Positions 62,401-64,000 of a stretch of 64,000 nucleotides of DNA are shown here, in pieces. The notes under the pieces are model-generated. The model saw only the letters and a program-made list of their open reading frames with translations, ran no database searches and had not been told where the DNA came from. A program made the translations under genes and the position numbers. The first letter of the stretch is position 1; each line of letters starts with the position of its first letter. Origin of the DNA: Malacoraja senta (Eukaryota); contig CM075977.1 in the NCBI GenBank assembly GCA_038087875.1, positions 80,600,001 to 80,664,000 of the forward strand, given 5' to 3'.

Positions 62401-63547
62401 TTTTTTGAGGCAGCGGGGAGTAAGGGGGCAGGGTGTGTGAATTACCCGGAGGGGGGAGGGTGAAGGGGGTGTGAATAACCAAAGGGATGTTGGCTTCCTT
62501 TTTGAGCTGGGGTTGCCGCTTCTCCGCGCTGGCTGTGGGCCTGGGGGCCACAGCCAGTGCGGAGAAGAAGTGGCAACCCCAGCTCAACTCCCGCCAAGCC
62601 AACCGACAGCCCTGGACCGACGACACCAGCGGCCCCAGGCCCACAGCTAGCGCGGAGAAGAAGCGGCAACCCCAGCTCAACTGCCGCCGGGTTGCCTCAC
62701 TGTCCGACAGGCCCAGACCCCACTGCCGCCGCAATGCCTCACTGTCACGGGTAGTTGGAAAAAGGGAACGTTAATTTAAATGCGGCCCTTCCGTGACGTC
62801 ACTCGAAGCTCGTGGAAAATTCTGTGCGTGAAACTGGCGCCGACCCGGGCCATCGTGGCCGCCCACCTCATTGTGACATCATCAGTTGAAGCTTAAAAGG
62901 CAGTTTTGTCTTTTTTTAAACTTTAATCACCAATAAGTTGTGTAATATAGCATCAAATCTTAAGTGAAGCTGATCACTGCTTAGAGGGGGAAAATGTGTC
63001 AAAATATGTAAATTTTTATCGTTACCGCGTAGTGTTTTGGCACACACACACACACACGATGAGAGTTTTAAAGTTATACTAGACCAAGTGCAGACCCGTT
63101 GGGTCTGGTCCCCGAAAGTGCTTCACACCCCGGGGTGTTTTTCCTGAACGTGCTTCAGACCCCGGGGTTAAAATTTGGGGAAAAAAAGATGGCGTTGGTT
63201 TTTGAAAAAATCGTAGAAAATCGGCGAAAAAAAGATGGCGTCTTTTTCGGAGAAAATCGGCGAAAAAAAGATGGCTTCGTTTTCGGTGAAAATTGGCGAA
63301 AAAAAGATGGCGTCGTTTTCGGAGAAAATCGGAGAAAATCGAGTGGGGGTGAGGGGGGGTGGATTTTATTTTTAAATGTGTACATAAACACGACCAAATT
63401 TAATCAGGAGTGGCTATTCGTAAAGGTAAATGTCATCTGTGTGGGCCTGGGGCGGTATCAAAGGGGATTTGGTGGCAGACGGAAGTCAGGCGGACACAAG
63501 TCAGGCAGCCACAGAGTTTTATCTATCTATATATTATATTATATAGA
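59446..63547 (-). mobile_element. Head-to-tail stack of four non-autonomous Helitrons
   Basis: Minus-strand 3' ends CAGACCC-AAC-GGGTCTG-CACTTGGT-CTAG-T at 59793 and 63079, TTAG variant at 61762; 5' ends (TC)TAT..AAAACTCT at ~59791, 61748, ~63077 and ~63547. Confidence 0.75.
60020..61290. repeat. Purine-rich (G/A) low-complexity tract inside a Helitron
   Basis: Almost exclusively G and A on the + strand. Confidence 0.9.
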
Positions 63548-64000
63548 TAGATAGATAGAGATATACATGGAGAAGGATGAGTACACTGGGATTTCTTATT
63601 TGAAAAGATGAAGCTACGTAGAGACTTAAGTATTTAAATTATTTAAGATTCTAAAAATCTCGAAAGAGACGCAAATTATTTCCATTTGAGGATAATGAGG
63701 CCGTAAATAAATTAGTCACAAAATAGGCATCGGAATTTCAGAAGTAACTTGTTAAAAAAATATGTAGAAGGGAGCAGCTCAGATTATAAAAGCATGTACT
63801 GTTTGTGCCAAATGATCTGTATCTGTTGTGTATTCAATCTGAACTGTTTGAAAGTACAATTGAAATGGTCATTGGGTGCAGTAGAAGGGATCCTGTATAG
63901 TGTAGGAAGGAACTGCAGATGCTGGTTTGAACCAAAGATAGACACAAAAAGCTGGAGTAACTCAGCGGGACAGGCAGCATCTCTGGAGAGAAGAAATGGG

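Overview
Eukaryotic (vertebrate) genomic DNA. The HER1/CR1, Penelope and Rex1 repeat mix suggests a cartilaginous fish, probably a skate or ray (inference). Right two-thirds (about 19.5-64 kb): CpG-island promoter and 20 recognisable 5' exons of CEP192 on the + strand, in transposon-rich introns. Exons 4-20 (numbered within this window) splice into one open frame of about 1,420 codons, but exons 2 and 3 are frameshifted or stopped as assembled. Left part (721-16993): a complete LTR-bounded, class I ERV-like element (two ~550-bp LTRs, GTAG target duplication, tRNA-Ser PBS, MLV-like PPT, env TM remnant) with no recognisable gag or pol of its own. Instead it carries a nested, partly permuted mosaic of intronless host mRNA fragments (ZNF276, THBS2-like, CRACR2A/RAB44-like). 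It was later invaded by a Helitron-like element, a solo-LTR-like element, a CsRn1-type gypsy element, a 5-bp-TSD hAT-like element, and Rex1 and Penelope fragments. Also present: many Penelope-derived minimal hammerhead ribozyme motifs (one set tandemly amplified), a head-to-tail stack of four Helitrons, and a 28-bp palindromic micro-transposon. All family and gene identifications are from recalled motifs, not database searches.
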